A stretch of 64,000 bases of DNA from Candidatus Latescibacterota bacterium (GCA_964291625.2 OZ220089.1:4322554-4386553); one strand, 5' to 3'. Shown: positions 8,624 to 17,017, numbered from the stretch's first letter. The notes: generated by a model from the letters alone, not told the origin. A program made the numbers and translations.

Positions 8624-9747
8624 AGATCACCGACATCGACACCCTGATGATCGACTCCCCGGGCCGCAGGTGGACCATCGTGCGGGTCCACACCGACGAG
8701 GGGATCACCGGCCTGGGAGAGGCCACCTACTCCCTCAAGGAGCCCGTGGTCTGCGCCGCCGTGGACCACATGAAGCAGGAGCTGATCGGCCACGACCCGG
8801 CCCGCATCGAGTACCTGTGGCACCACATCTACAAGCGTTCGTCGCCGAGCGGCATCTGGCGCATGGCCGGCCCCGTGTGGATGAGCGCCCTGGCCGGCAT
8901 CGACATCGCCCTGTGGGACATCAAGGGCAAGGTGGCGGGCCTGCCCGTGTACGAGCTGCTCGGCGGCGCCTTCCGCGAGGCGGTCGACGTGTACACCCAC
9001 TTCGGCGGCGCCACCCCCGAAGCGGCGGCGGCGATGGCGAAGGCCAAGCAGGAGGAGGGCTACTTCGCCCTGAAGGGAGGCGCCAGCTGGCGCGACCGGG
9101 CCGCCCAGGACTGGGACACCTATCTCGACGACGGCCACCCCGAGAAGACGGCGGCCCACTTCGAGGCCGTGCGCGAGGCCGTGGGGCCCGACGTGAAGCT
9201 GTTCATCGACTGCCACGGCCGCTTCACCGTGGCCAACTCCATCCGCCTGGCCCGGCGCCTGGAGCACCTCGACCTCTTCGCCTACGAGGACCCGGTGGCG
9301 CCCGACGACCTGACGGCGTACCCGAAGATCCGGCGGGAGATCCGGATCCCGGTCATGGGCTCGGAGCGGCTCAACACCAAGAGCCAGTTCCGCCGCCTCC
9401 TCGAGATGGAGGGCATCGACATCGCCCAGCCCGACCTGATGTACTCGGGCGGCATCACCGAGGCGAGGAAGATCGCCGCCATGGCCGACACCTTCCACGT
9501 GCCGATCTCCTTCCACAACACCAAGGGGCCCGTGGGCATCCTGGCGGCGGCCCACGTGATGATGTCGATCCCCAACGCCGCGCCCATGGAGTTCGTCACC
9601 GGCATCGACTGGCGCGACGAGGTGATCGACGAGCCCCTGCAGGTCGTGGAGGGGCGGGTCGTAGTGCCGGACCGGCCGGGCCTCGGGGTGGAGCTGGACA
9701 TGGAGGGCGTGGAGAAGCACCGCTGGCGGGCGGGGGACCCGCCCTGA
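8620..9747 (+). CDS. Enolase-superfamily enzyme (mandelate racemase / muconate lactonizing family, sugar-acid dehydratase-like)
   Basis: The internal ATG of ORF 8014..9747 is residue 203, giving 8620. Motifs seen: 'TDEGITGLGEAT', 'AGIDIALWDIKGKVAGLPVYELLGG', 'FIDCHGRF', 'FAYEDP'. Confidence 0.85.
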   Translation: MKITDIDTLMIDSPGRRWTIVRVHTDEGITGLGEATYSLKEPVVCAAVDHMKQELIGHDPARIEYLWHHIYKRSSPSGIWRMAGPVWMSALAGIDIALWDIKGKVAGLPVYELLGGAFREAVDVYTHFGGATPEAAAAMAKAKQEEGYFALKGGASWRDRAAQDWDTYLDDGHPEKTAAHFEAVREAVGPDVKLFIDCHGRFTVANSIRLARRLEHLDLFAYEDPVAPDDLTAYPKIRREIRIPVMGSERLNTKSQFRRLLEMEGIDIAQPDLMYSGGITEARKIAAMADTFHVPISFHNTKGPVGILAAAHVMMSIPNAAPMEFVTGIDWRDEVIDEPLQVVEGRVVVPDRPGLGVELDMEGVEKHRWRAGDPP

Positions 9748-9772
9748 CCGCACTCGAAGGGAGTCGCGACAG

Positions 9773-10792
9773 ATGAAGATCGCCGTGCTGCACGGACCGC
9801 GGGACCTGCGCATCGAGGAGCAGCCCCTCGACACCGACCTCGGCCCCACGCAGATCCACGTGGAGACCGAGATCTCGGCGCTGAAGATCGGCACCGACCG
9901 CGGCAACTACGAGGGGGCGGAGCGCGTGCCCGGGGCGCCCGACTACCCGCGCTGGGTGGGGGACAGCAACCTCGGGGTGGTGCGCGCCGTCGGCCCCGAG
10001 GTGTCGCGTATCCGGGTGGGGGACCGGGTGGTGACGCGGGCCCCGCACCAGTCGGAGTACGTCGTCGACGAGGCGCAGAGCGTGGTCCGCGTGCCCGAGG
10101 GCGTCGATGCTGAGGACGCCGTCTGGGCCCACCTCTACACCCTGAGCGCCCACTGCTACCGCAAGGCCTGGTTCACGCCGGGGGAGAACGTGGCCGTCGT
10201 CGGCCTCGGCGTCCTCGGCCTCGGGGCGGTGGCCCTCGGTCCCTTCTTCGGGGCGCGGGTGGTCGGTCTCGGCAACCACCCCGGCCGCCTGGGCATGGCC
10301 ACCGACATGGGGGCCGAGGCGGCCTGGCTCTCCGACGATCCCGACCTGGAGGCCCGTCTCGACGAGTTCACCGGCGGCGCCGGCATCGACCTGGTGATCC
10401 TCACCGCCAACCCCTGGCCGGCCTGGCGCACCGCCTGCGAGGTGGTGCGCGACAACGGCCGGGTCTCGGTGGTCGCCCTGCCGGGGCGGGGCGAGGAGCC
10501 CCTCGACGACTTCAACCCCGTGGCCATGGAGTGGTTCTACAACAAGGGGATCGCCCTCGTCGCCGTCTCGGGACGGGGCGGCTATCTCTTCCCCTCGGCG
10601 GAGGGGGACCGCTTCGACGCGGTGCGTACCTGCGAGCACACCTTGTCCCTCATGGCGCGGGGCCTGGCGCCGAGCCGGCTGATCACCCACCGGCTGCCGT
10701 ACACGAGAATGGCCGAGGCCTACGAGATGATCTACCGCCGGGAGAAGGGGATGCTCGGCGTCATCTTCCAGTGGCAGGGCAGCCCTCCCTGA
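9773..10792 (+). CDS. Zinc-type medium-chain dehydrogenase/reductase (MDR) family oxidoreductase
   Basis: ORF-track 339 aa. It has a GroES-like N-terminus and the Rossmann motif 'VAVVGLGVLGLGAV'. Confidence 0.75.
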   Translation: MKIAVLHGPRDLRIEEQPLDTDLGPTQIHVETEISALKIGTDRGNYEGAERVPGAPDYPRWVGDSNLGVVRAVGPEVSRIRVGDRVVTRAPHQSEYVVDEAQSVVRVPEGVDAEDAVWAHLYTLSAHCYRKAWFTPGENVAVVGLGVLGLGAVALGPFFGARVVGLGNHPGRLGMATDMGAEAAWLSDDPDLEARLDEFTGGAGIDLVILTANPWPAWRTACEVVRDNGRVSVVALPGRGEEPLDDFNPVAMEWFYNKGIALVAVSGRGGYLFPSAEGDRFDAVRTCEHTLSLMARGLAPSRLITHRLPYTRMAEAYEMIYRREKGMLGVIFQWQGSPP

Positions 10793-10804
10793 AAGGAGGA
10801 TCGC

Positions 10805-12289
10805 ATGCGTGGGAAATCGCATATCGTGCTTCACGGTCTGGTGGGATGCTCCTTGCTGGGCATGTCGATGGCCTTCGGCCAGGCCGTGAGCAGCAACCGG
10901 GACCCATCGCCGGGCGGATTCACCGCGGAAGCGCTCTCACCGGCCGGCCCGCCCACGATGCAACGCGGGCATCGCTGGGTGCGCAGCCATCCCTTCACCA
11001 TCATGGGGCTGACCCGGATGACACCCAGGCCCTTTGATGCCGATCAGTACCGCGAAGCCAACATGAGCTCACTCCTCGCGTGGGAGCCGAGCACCTTCGA
11101 CGAGCTGCTGCCCATCGCATCTGCGAACCGACTGCCCTATCACCTCTACCTCGACCATTGGGGCGACGAGGAGACCAACCGCGACGACGCCAGCGAACAG
11201 TCGCTGCGCGAAGCCCTGGGTGAACTGGACAGTGAGGAAAACCGGGCTTACATCCGGAACCTGATCAGCAATCCGGGATGCATCGGATGGCTCGTGAATG
11301 ACGAGCCCGTGGTCTCCACCTACATGCGCTACACCCGGCACATGCTCAAGTGGCTGCGGCAGCTCCACCCCGAAGCGCTCGCCTACTGCAATGCCAGGCC
11401 CGAAGGCGAGATGCTCCTCGGGCCCGACTACGAGCGATACATCGACGACTTCGCCGCCATCATCGATCCCGATGTCCTGATGGTGGATGTCTACCCCCTC
11501 GGCGCCCTGGAAGAGGTGGACGGCTGGGTCCATGCAGAGAGCTACTTCAACGTCCTGGAAGTCGTCCGACACGTGGCCCTGGAGCAGGGCATGCCCTACT
11601 GGCTCTTCATCCAGTCATTCGAGACACACAACGGATGGCATCGACGCCTGCCCAGTGAATCGGACATTCGATTCCAGCTCTTCACGCCGTTGACCTATGG
11701 CTACACGGGCATCGCCTACTTCACCTACGACATCGCATTCGAGCGCGGTCTCATCGAAGCAGACGGTCAGCCGAATCGCCTGTATCACCATGCGGCCCAA
11801 GCCAATATCGAGGTGGCGAATCTCGGTACGGCACTTCGTTTCCTCACCAGCACCGATGTGCGCTTTGTGAGGGGCCAGCACGGCGAAGGCTCCGCGCGTG
11901 TGGCCAACCCGACCCCGAGGGGGGCCACCGCCTGGTCCTACGGTGCAGGCAACGATCATCAGATCACCGATGTGGCAGTCGAATCGCCCGGTGAGTACAA
12001 GGATGGCCTGCTGGGGTTCTTCACCGATGATCGAGGAGAGCGCTATTTCATGCTGACCAACCTCTGGCACGACAAGGGCGGCACCGCGGAAGAGTTCGAG
12101 CTGACCTTCACCGTCAGGTTCAAACCCCAGGTGAGCGAGCTCTATCGCCTGAACCGCCTCAGCGGCAACGTCGAGACCGTCGAAGTGAGCGGGGGCGCAC
12201 TGACGATCCGTCTGCCGGGGGGAACCGGTGACCTGTTCAGATACACGCCGGGGCCCTTTCCTGGACGAAGCGCAGATCGCCAACACTGA
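10805..12289 (+). CDS. Secreted clan GH-A-like (TIM-barrel) glycoside hydrolase candidate
   Basis: ORF-track 494 aa. Signal-like N-terminus 'LLGMSMAFGQA'. 'GWLVNDEP' resembles the NEP acid/base motif of clan GH-A, and 'WLFIQSFE' is a possible nucleophile strand. GC is lower than in the flanks. Confidence 0.45.
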   Translation: MRGKSHIVLHGLVGCSLLGMSMAFGQAVSSNRDPSPGGFTAEALSPAGPPTMQRGHRWVRSHPFTIMGLTRMTPRPFDADQYREANMSSLLAWEPSTFDELLPIASANRLPYHLYLDHWGDEETNRDDASEQSLREALGELDSEENRAYIRNLISNPGCIGWLVNDEPVVSTYMRYTRHMLKWLRQLHPEALAYCNARPEGEMLLGPDYERYIDDFAAIIDPDVLMVDVYPLGALEEVDGWVHAESYFNVLEVVRHVALEQGMPYWLFIQSFETHNGWHRRLPSESDIRFQLFTPLTYGYTGIAYFTYDIAFERGLIEADGQPNRLYHHAAQANIEVANLGTALRFLTSTDVRFVRGQHGEGSARVANPTPRGATAWSYGAGNDHQITDVAVESPGEYKDGLLGFFTDDRGERYFMLTNLWHDKGGTAEEFELTFTVRFKPQVSELYRLNRLSGNVETVEVSGGALTIRLPGGTGDLFRYTPGPFPGRSADRQH

Positions 12290-12358
12290 TTCACTCGACG
12301 AGCAGAAGGTGGCGCACTGCGCCGACCGCTGTCCGCCGCAATGCCTGGCCTGGCCCTG

Positions 12359-13171
12359 CTAACCGAACTGTTCTTCCAGCCATGCTACCGCGAAATCCGT
12401 CAGATCCCTGGCGTTGAACAGATACGAGTCTGCGGCACCGACCCGTCCCGTGGCGTAGCTCCTGCAAGCCATGTACTCTCCTGTGATGGACGGGAAATAG
12501 CTGCCACCGGGCCAGTCGGCGATGCCGTCGGAAGTGTCAAACTGCTCGAACTCCATCCATTCGCACGAGCCACCACGCAAGACCGGCCAACGATAGCGCT
12601 CGGTCCTCTTGTCGGGCACGTCGGCGATGTGCTCTGCGTAGTGAAGAATGGTGAGGCTGTCGAAGAGGGGTCCAAGGAGGAGCACTCTCCCCCCAACTGT
12701 GCACAGCTTCTCGAGGGGAGAATCCACGCCATAGCCAAACTGGAGCGGATGGTCTGACGTTATCCACTCCGCTCTGGCGCCAACGGCCGCCATTCTTGCT
12801 TCAGGATGGGCGCTGCAGCAGGCCCCGGGCCATGTGCGCAGATACTCCGTGAGGATGCTCCACTCACGAAGGGCGCGAGTCCGGGAAGGATCAAACGGTG
12901 GACACTCTTCCAGGTACGCTCTCTGCCAGTCCTCCGGCCAATCATCGATTTCGTTCAAGGGCTCCTCGCACTTCACGTACATCATCAGGGTCCCGGTGGA
13001 GCCGAGGACGTCCAGGATGGCCCGAAGCACCATGTCGGGTCCGCCAACGATCCAGCCGACGGCCTTGACAGAAGCATGCAGCATCACGGTGTCGCCTGAG
13101 GCAAGGCCCAGTCTCGACAGGTCAGCTACCAATCCACTTCGTGTGATCACTGGCAGATTCGTGTTGGCCAT
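12359..13171 (-). CDS. Aminoglycoside N(3)-acetyltransferase family protein, AAC(3)-like
   Basis: ORF 12359..13261. ATG at 13171 (MANTNLPV) is preceded by GGGAGG. 'GDTVMLHASVKAVGWIVGGPDMVLRAILDVLGSTGTLMMY' and 'LTILHYAEH' match the Antibiotic_NAT / AAC(3) fold pattern. Confidence 0.8.
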   Translation of the reverse strand: MANTNLPVITRSGLVADLSRLGLASGDTVMLHASVKAVGWIVGGPDMVLRAILDVLGSTGTLMMYVKCEEPLNEIDDWPEDWQRAYLEECPPFDPSRTRALREWSILTEYLRTWPGACCSAHPEARMAAVGARAEWITSDHPLQFGYGVDSPLEKLCTVGGRVLLLGPLFDSLTILHYAEHIADVPDKRTERYRWPVLRGGSCEWMEFEQFDTSDGIADWPGGSYFPSITGEYMACRSYATGRVGAADSYLFNARDLTDFAVAWLEEQFG

Positions 13172-13211
13172 CCGGTTCGCCTCCCGTGTCAGGAAAGACC
13201 CTGAGTCGGGC

Positions 13212-13623
13212 CTACGTGCCCAGCTCTCTGAACAGGAAGAGCTCCCCCCGGTCGTCCGCAAACGGGAAGCCTGCCAGGAATCCGCACTCTGAAAACCCCA
13301 TCTGTCTATGCCATCTCTGCGGCTCGTATTCCTCCACGACGCACGAACTCAACAGGATCCTGTGGCCTCGGCGCCGCAGATCGTCTTCTACGAACGCAGC
13401 AGAGCCTTCCCAACCCCTCTTCGCTGGTGCTCACGCAATACACTGATCAGGACACACCACTCGACGTCCGCCTTGCCAGCAAGTCTCACCAGGATTCTCT
13501 GCCATGGTTCACCGTATACGGACGTGATATACCACATTGGAGCACCAACAGCGCTCCATTGGGTATCGACAGGCTGTCGACTATGGCGGGAGTCAGAACC
13601 TCGAACTGACGCTCTCGACGCAC
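13212..13623 (-). pseudogene. GNAT-family acetyltransferase remnant with two frameshifts
   Basis: My own reverse-strand translation gives three frame pieces. Piece 1: 'MRRERQFEVLTPAIVDSLSIPNGALLVLQCG...'. Piece 2: '...ITSVYGEPWQRILVRLAGKADVEWCVLISVLREHQRRGVGKALLRS*', which carries classic GNAT motif A. Piece 3: 'VEDDLRRRGHRILLSSCVVEEYEPQRWHRQMGFSECGFLAGFPFADDRGELFLFRELGT*'. The ORF track lists no long reverse-strand ORF here, which is consistent with a broken frame. Confidence 0.5.
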
Positions 13624-13628
13624 CGGCG

Positions 13629-13988
13629 CTACTTCACTCGCTCTTGAGGAACGACACGAATTGCATCATCTGGCCGGCGCGACAATGGCGGCAGGTCAGC
13701 ACGAGATTTCGGATCAATAACTGCGATCGTGTAGTCAACTGTGGTATCAGGGTAGACCTGAACAATCTTGTAGTCGATGGAGGGGTTCGGCTCCACAACG
13801 TGGATCGAATACTTGACGCCCAACTCAGGAACATGCATGTGGCGCCTTTTCTTCAGGGCGTGATCGACCCTTCGAACCGAAGACGAGTCACCTTGAAAAG
13901 CCAGCGTCAATGGCTTCTCGGCGGGCTCGGCGCAGCTGGTCGCCAGGAGTGCCCCTACTGCTGAACAGAGGATCCAGAGTCGTCGCAT
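13629..13988 (-). CDS. Small probable lipoprotein / secreted protein
   Basis: ORF-track 119 aa. Signal peptide 'MRRLWILCSAVGALLATSC' has a lipobox-like ATSC. The core 'HVPELGVKYSIHVVEPNPSIDYKIVQVYPDTTVDYTIAVIDP' is the unit that is duplicated at 14168-14292. Confidence 0.5.
   Translation of the reverse strand: MRRLWILCSAVGALLATSCAEPAEKPLTLAFQGDSSSVRRVDHALKKRRHMHVPELGVKYSIHVVEPNPSIDYKIVQVYPDTTVDYTIAVIDPKSRADLPPLSRRPDDAIRVVPQERVK
13721..13845. repeat. Diverged direct repeat, copy 1 (inside the lipoprotein gene)
   Basis: A 125-nt ungapped alignment with 14168-14292 shows about 16 mismatches counted by eye (~87% identity). Confidence 0.8.
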
Positions 13989-14164
13989 GCTCTCATCTCA
14001 ACCGTGACCTTGTCGGCCTTCGCCGCCTCTCCCTGCAAACCTGGCGTATGGATGACAAAGTGGTAATGGTCCTCGGAACAAGACAAGAACGTGTGCACCT
14101 CGCCCGGTTCGATGATGACGCCGGATCTCTCGCCAAAGTGGAACTCCTCGCCATCGACAAGCAT
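13955..14164 (-). pseudogene. Cupin-domain fragment (C-terminal half only)
   Basis: Internal Met of ORF 13955..14281: 'MLVDGEEFHFGERSGVIIEPGEVHTFLSCSEDHYHFVIHTPG' looks like the second half of a small cupin barrel. The N-terminal half is missing and the fragment overlaps the lipoprotein start. Confidence 0.35.
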
Positions 14165-14167
14165 CCA

Positions 14168-14292
14168 CTGCAATCGTGTAGTCAATTGAGGTATCAGGGT
14201 AGATCTGAGCAATCTTGTAGTCGATGGACGGGTCTGGCTCCACAACGCGGATTGAGTACCTGGCGCCCGAGTCAGGAACATGCACGTGGCGC
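14168..14292. repeat. Diverged direct repeat, copy 2 (truncated paralog fragment of the lipoprotein gene)
   Basis: It encodes 'RHVHVPDSGARYSIRVVEPDPSIDYKIAQIYPDTSIDYTIA' within ORF 13998..14306. The reading frame then degenerates. Confidence 0.8.
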
Positions 14293-14312
14293 AAATAGAT
14301 CGCCAAAGGTCA

Positions 14313-15845
14313 TCAGGAACTCGGTTGCGCCGCCTCGCGCTCCGGCCGCCCTATATTGGGTCCCGCTTTGGTGTTGACGAAGCGTCGCTCGCGATTGGGG
14401 TTGCGCCAGCTGCGCACGCCGTGCGTCGTCGTGGCCGTGTACATGATCACCGTTCCGGCAACCCCCTGCATATGCTTGACCTGCGGCAGGTCGCAGCTGG
14501 TTTGCTTCGGGCGCGGCAGCGGCAGCCGCGCTTTGTGGCTTCCGGGGACTAACATCAGTCCACCGTCGCCCGTCGACGTCTCGACGTCTTGGAGCAGCCA
14601 GCCGATGTTCACCTGCTCCGTACGAGGCTGTCCGTCCCGGAAGTGATAGGTAGGGCCGGCGCCGTAAAACCAGCCGCCATGAAGGGGCTGGCCGGCCGCC
14701 CCGTCGCGGCTGACGATGGTGTAGCACGTCGTCATGACGAAGCCCGGGTCGATCATCCACTTCAGCCGCGCATTCACGAGCGGATTGTCGATCATGCGTC
14801 GAAAGCCGTCGCTGAAGGGTGAGGGATGGGTCCAGGTCTGCGAGATGCGCTCTTCGGTGCAGCGCGTGCCCGGGGCCGGGGCAATAGTCTGAGAACAGCC
14901 CTCGTAGTTCGGGTACTCGCCCACGACACTGCTCGAAAGGCCCAGCGGCCGACGGTTGGCTTCGGCGAAGGGCGAGTCGAGCGCTGCATTGCACTGCGCT
15001 AACCACTCGCGGTCCATCACGCCAGGCAGCACCAGGTAGCCTCTTAGGTCCCAGAACCACACCTCCTCGTGGTTCGGCGCGTCAGGCCGCGTGTTGACGC
15101 CCAGCAGCGACGGCGCCAGCTGCTGCTCGTTGCTGAGGGGCTGGCCGTCGTGGCCGAGGCCGCGTGGTGGGCCGGCCACCAGCGCTCGGCGCGCCGGCGC
15201 GAGCTCATCCAGCCAGCTGTCCACACCCGTCGTGCCGTGGCCGAAGGCCCCCCCAGGGTAGCGGGAGTCGTCGCAAAAGATGCACTCCTGCAGCGAGGAG
15301 CCCGGGGCGGCGCCGACCAGCGTGGTGGCAACCGCGAGCAGACAGTCGCCAGCGCGGAGCTGCACGCACTCCGTCGCCCCGAGCTCCTCGGCGCGCGCCA
15401 TGCTCGGGGGCGGCTGGACGTTGGCTTTGTGCGACGCGGGGCACACCACCGCGCGGCTGTCGCCCACGGCCCACAGCGCGCGCAGCCCCCAGACGCACAC
15501 CCGGTCGGGCCGGCTGGTCGTGTCGTAGCCCAGCCGGCGCTGCTCATCCACCGTCAGATCATTGGCCCACTGCCCCTCTTTGGTCAGGCGGCGCGACGGC
15601 CGGTCCAGCTCAAACTTGATCGTGTGGAACTCCTGTTCCTTCCCTTCAGTACCGTCGTACGCAGCGCGGTGCCACAGTGGTAACTCCCCGCCAGCTAGCT
15701 GATCAATCGCAGCCAGCAAGTCCGGATGCTCAGCCAGAGCGGCGGGTGTGGCGTGCGCCGCTGCCGGCGCGTCGAGCAGGCTCGGGAGGAGGATATAGCC
15801 GTCGAGCTCGAAGGCCCACTTCTGCTCCTCGGTCATCAGCGCCAT
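14313..15845 (-). CDS. Phytanoyl-CoA dioxygenase (PhyH)-family protein with tandem PhyH-like halves
   Basis: ORF 14313..15899; likely start MALMTEEQKW at 15845. There are two PhyH-type N-terminal motifs, 'FELDGYILLPSLL' and 'FWDLRGYLVLPGVMDREW'. The C-terminal half carries 'LMLVPGSHK' and 'GTVIMYTATTTHG'. Confidence 0.65.
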   Translation of the reverse strand: MALMTEEQKWAFELDGYILLPSLLDAPAAAHATPAALAEHPDLLAAIDQLAGGELPLWHRAAYDGTEGKEQEFHTIKFELDRPSRRLTKEGQWANDLTVDEQRRLGYDTTSRPDRVCVWGLRALWAVGDSRAVVCPASHKANVQPPPSMARAEELGATECVQLRAGDCLLAVATTLVGAAPGSSLQECIFCDDSRYPGGAFGHGTTGVDSWLDELAPARRALVAGPPRGLGHDGQPLSNEQQLAPSLLGVNTRPDAPNHEEVWFWDLRGYLVLPGVMDREWLAQCNAALDSPFAEANRRPLGLSSSVVGEYPNYEGCSQTIAPAPGTRCTEERISQTWTHPSPFSDGFRRMIDNPLVNARLKWMIDPGFVMTTCYTIVSRDGAAGQPLHGGWFYGAGPTYHFRDGQPRTEQVNIGWLLQDVETSTGDGGLMLVPGSHKARLPLPRPKQTSCDLPQVKHMQGVAGTVIMYTATTTHGVRSWRNPNRERRFVNTKAGPNIGRPEREAAQPSS

Positions 15846-16186
15846 GGACGCGCTCCGTGGAGATCGAAGAGGTACTTTTCCGTTTCGGTCATGAGGCAAC
15901 CCTCTCTCTCACAGATCGTCGCATTTGCGATTTGAGTTTGTTAGTGGGATGTGACAATCATCGGAACGAAATGGCTCGGTAAGCCCGCTGTGGCGTTCTC
16001 TGTTTGCTTCGTGATATTGATTCACACCGATGCTCTCTTTTGTTGCCGATAACTCCCCATAGCCGAAGAAATCGTTCGGATATGGGTTGCCAGTTGTCAG
16101 CTATCCGAAACGTAGGTACCGAGGTAAACAGTGGCCAGCGGTACTTCCAGGCGGACGGATTCAAGGCGCGACCGTGAAGGCCGCTG

Positions 16187-17017
16187 CTATCCAGCCCTGC
16201 TCCCCCGGTAGGCCTCCACCTCGTCCCGGGCCGCCCGCGCCGTCAGCTCCAGCTCGCTGCCCAACTCGAAGAACCCGGCGCCGCGGCGGACCCAGTCCCG
16301 CGCCGTCCCGGGGCCGGAGGGAGTGGTCCCGAAGCAAACCCGGCGCTCGCGGCACAGCCGCAGGATTCGCCTCATGGGGCCGGTCACCTCGGGGTGGTCG
16401 TAGTCGCCGGGACGGCCCATGGCGATGGAGAAGTCGTAGGGGCCCACGTAGACCACGTCCGCGTGGGGGCTGGCGGCGATGGCGGCGGCGTTGCGGAGGC
16501 CCTCGGCGGTCTCGATGTGGGCCACGATGCTGACGGACTGGTTCGCCCGCCGCAGCCAGGCGCCGTGGTCCTCGGGGATCCGGTAGTCGGTGCTGCCGTA
16601 TCCCGGGGCCCCGGCGCGGGACCCCTTGGGCGGGAAGAGGGCGTAGTCGGCCAACTCGGCGAGCTGCTCGGGCGATTCGGTACGCGGCAGCTGCAGGCCG
16701 CACAGGCCGGCGTCGAGGAGGCGGGTCACCTCGCCGCGGTCGAGGCTCGTCTTGGCGATCGCCGGCAGGCCCAGGCCGCGGGCGGCGTGGACGAAGCCGG
16801 CCAGCTCCGGGGTCTGCAGGAAGGCGTGCTCAGTCTCGACGAAGAGGAAGTCGTACCCGGCCTCGGCCAGCAGGGTCGCCATCGACGGCCGCAGGTACTC
16901 CGAGACCATGCAGCCGAGGGCCGGCGGCCCTCGGCGCCGGCGCGGCGCAGGCGCCGGCGGAAGGCCCGGCCCAGGGCGGTGGGATCGGCGGGTCTCTTGC
17001 TCATTCAGCGCAATCAA
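16187..17017 (-). CDS. HpcH/HpaI-family aldolase (N-terminus uncertain, possible frameshift)
   Basis: ORF-track 276 aa. 'LLAEAGYDFLFVETEH', 'SIVAHIETAEGL' and 'VYVGPYDFSIAMG' are family-typical. The best N-terminus ('MSKRPADPTALGRAFRRRLRRAGAEG') lies in another frame (ORF 16726..17004). Confidence 0.7.
   Translation of the reverse strand: MIALNEQETRRSHRPGPGLPPAPAPRRRRGPPALGCMVSEYLRPSMATLLAEAGYDFLFVETEHAFLQTPELAGFVHAARGLGLPAIAKTSLDRGEVTRLLDAGLCGLQLPRTESPEQLAELADYALFPPKGSRAGAPGYGSTDYRIPEDHGAWLRRANQSVSIVAHIETAEGLRNAAAIAASPHADVVYVGPYDFSIAMGRPGDYDHPEVTGPMRRILRLCRERRVCFGTTPSGPGTARDWVRRGAGFFELGSELELTARAARDEVEAYRGSRAG

Noticed and set aside
15900-16186. AT-richer intergenic block with a 68-aa ORF (15958..16164, -), examined as a possible IS/integrase remnant or tRNA
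   Set aside because: There is no transposase or integrase motif, no inverted terminal repeats, and no tRNA-like T-arm (GGTTCGA-type) sequence. The ORF has no recognisable family and no SD.
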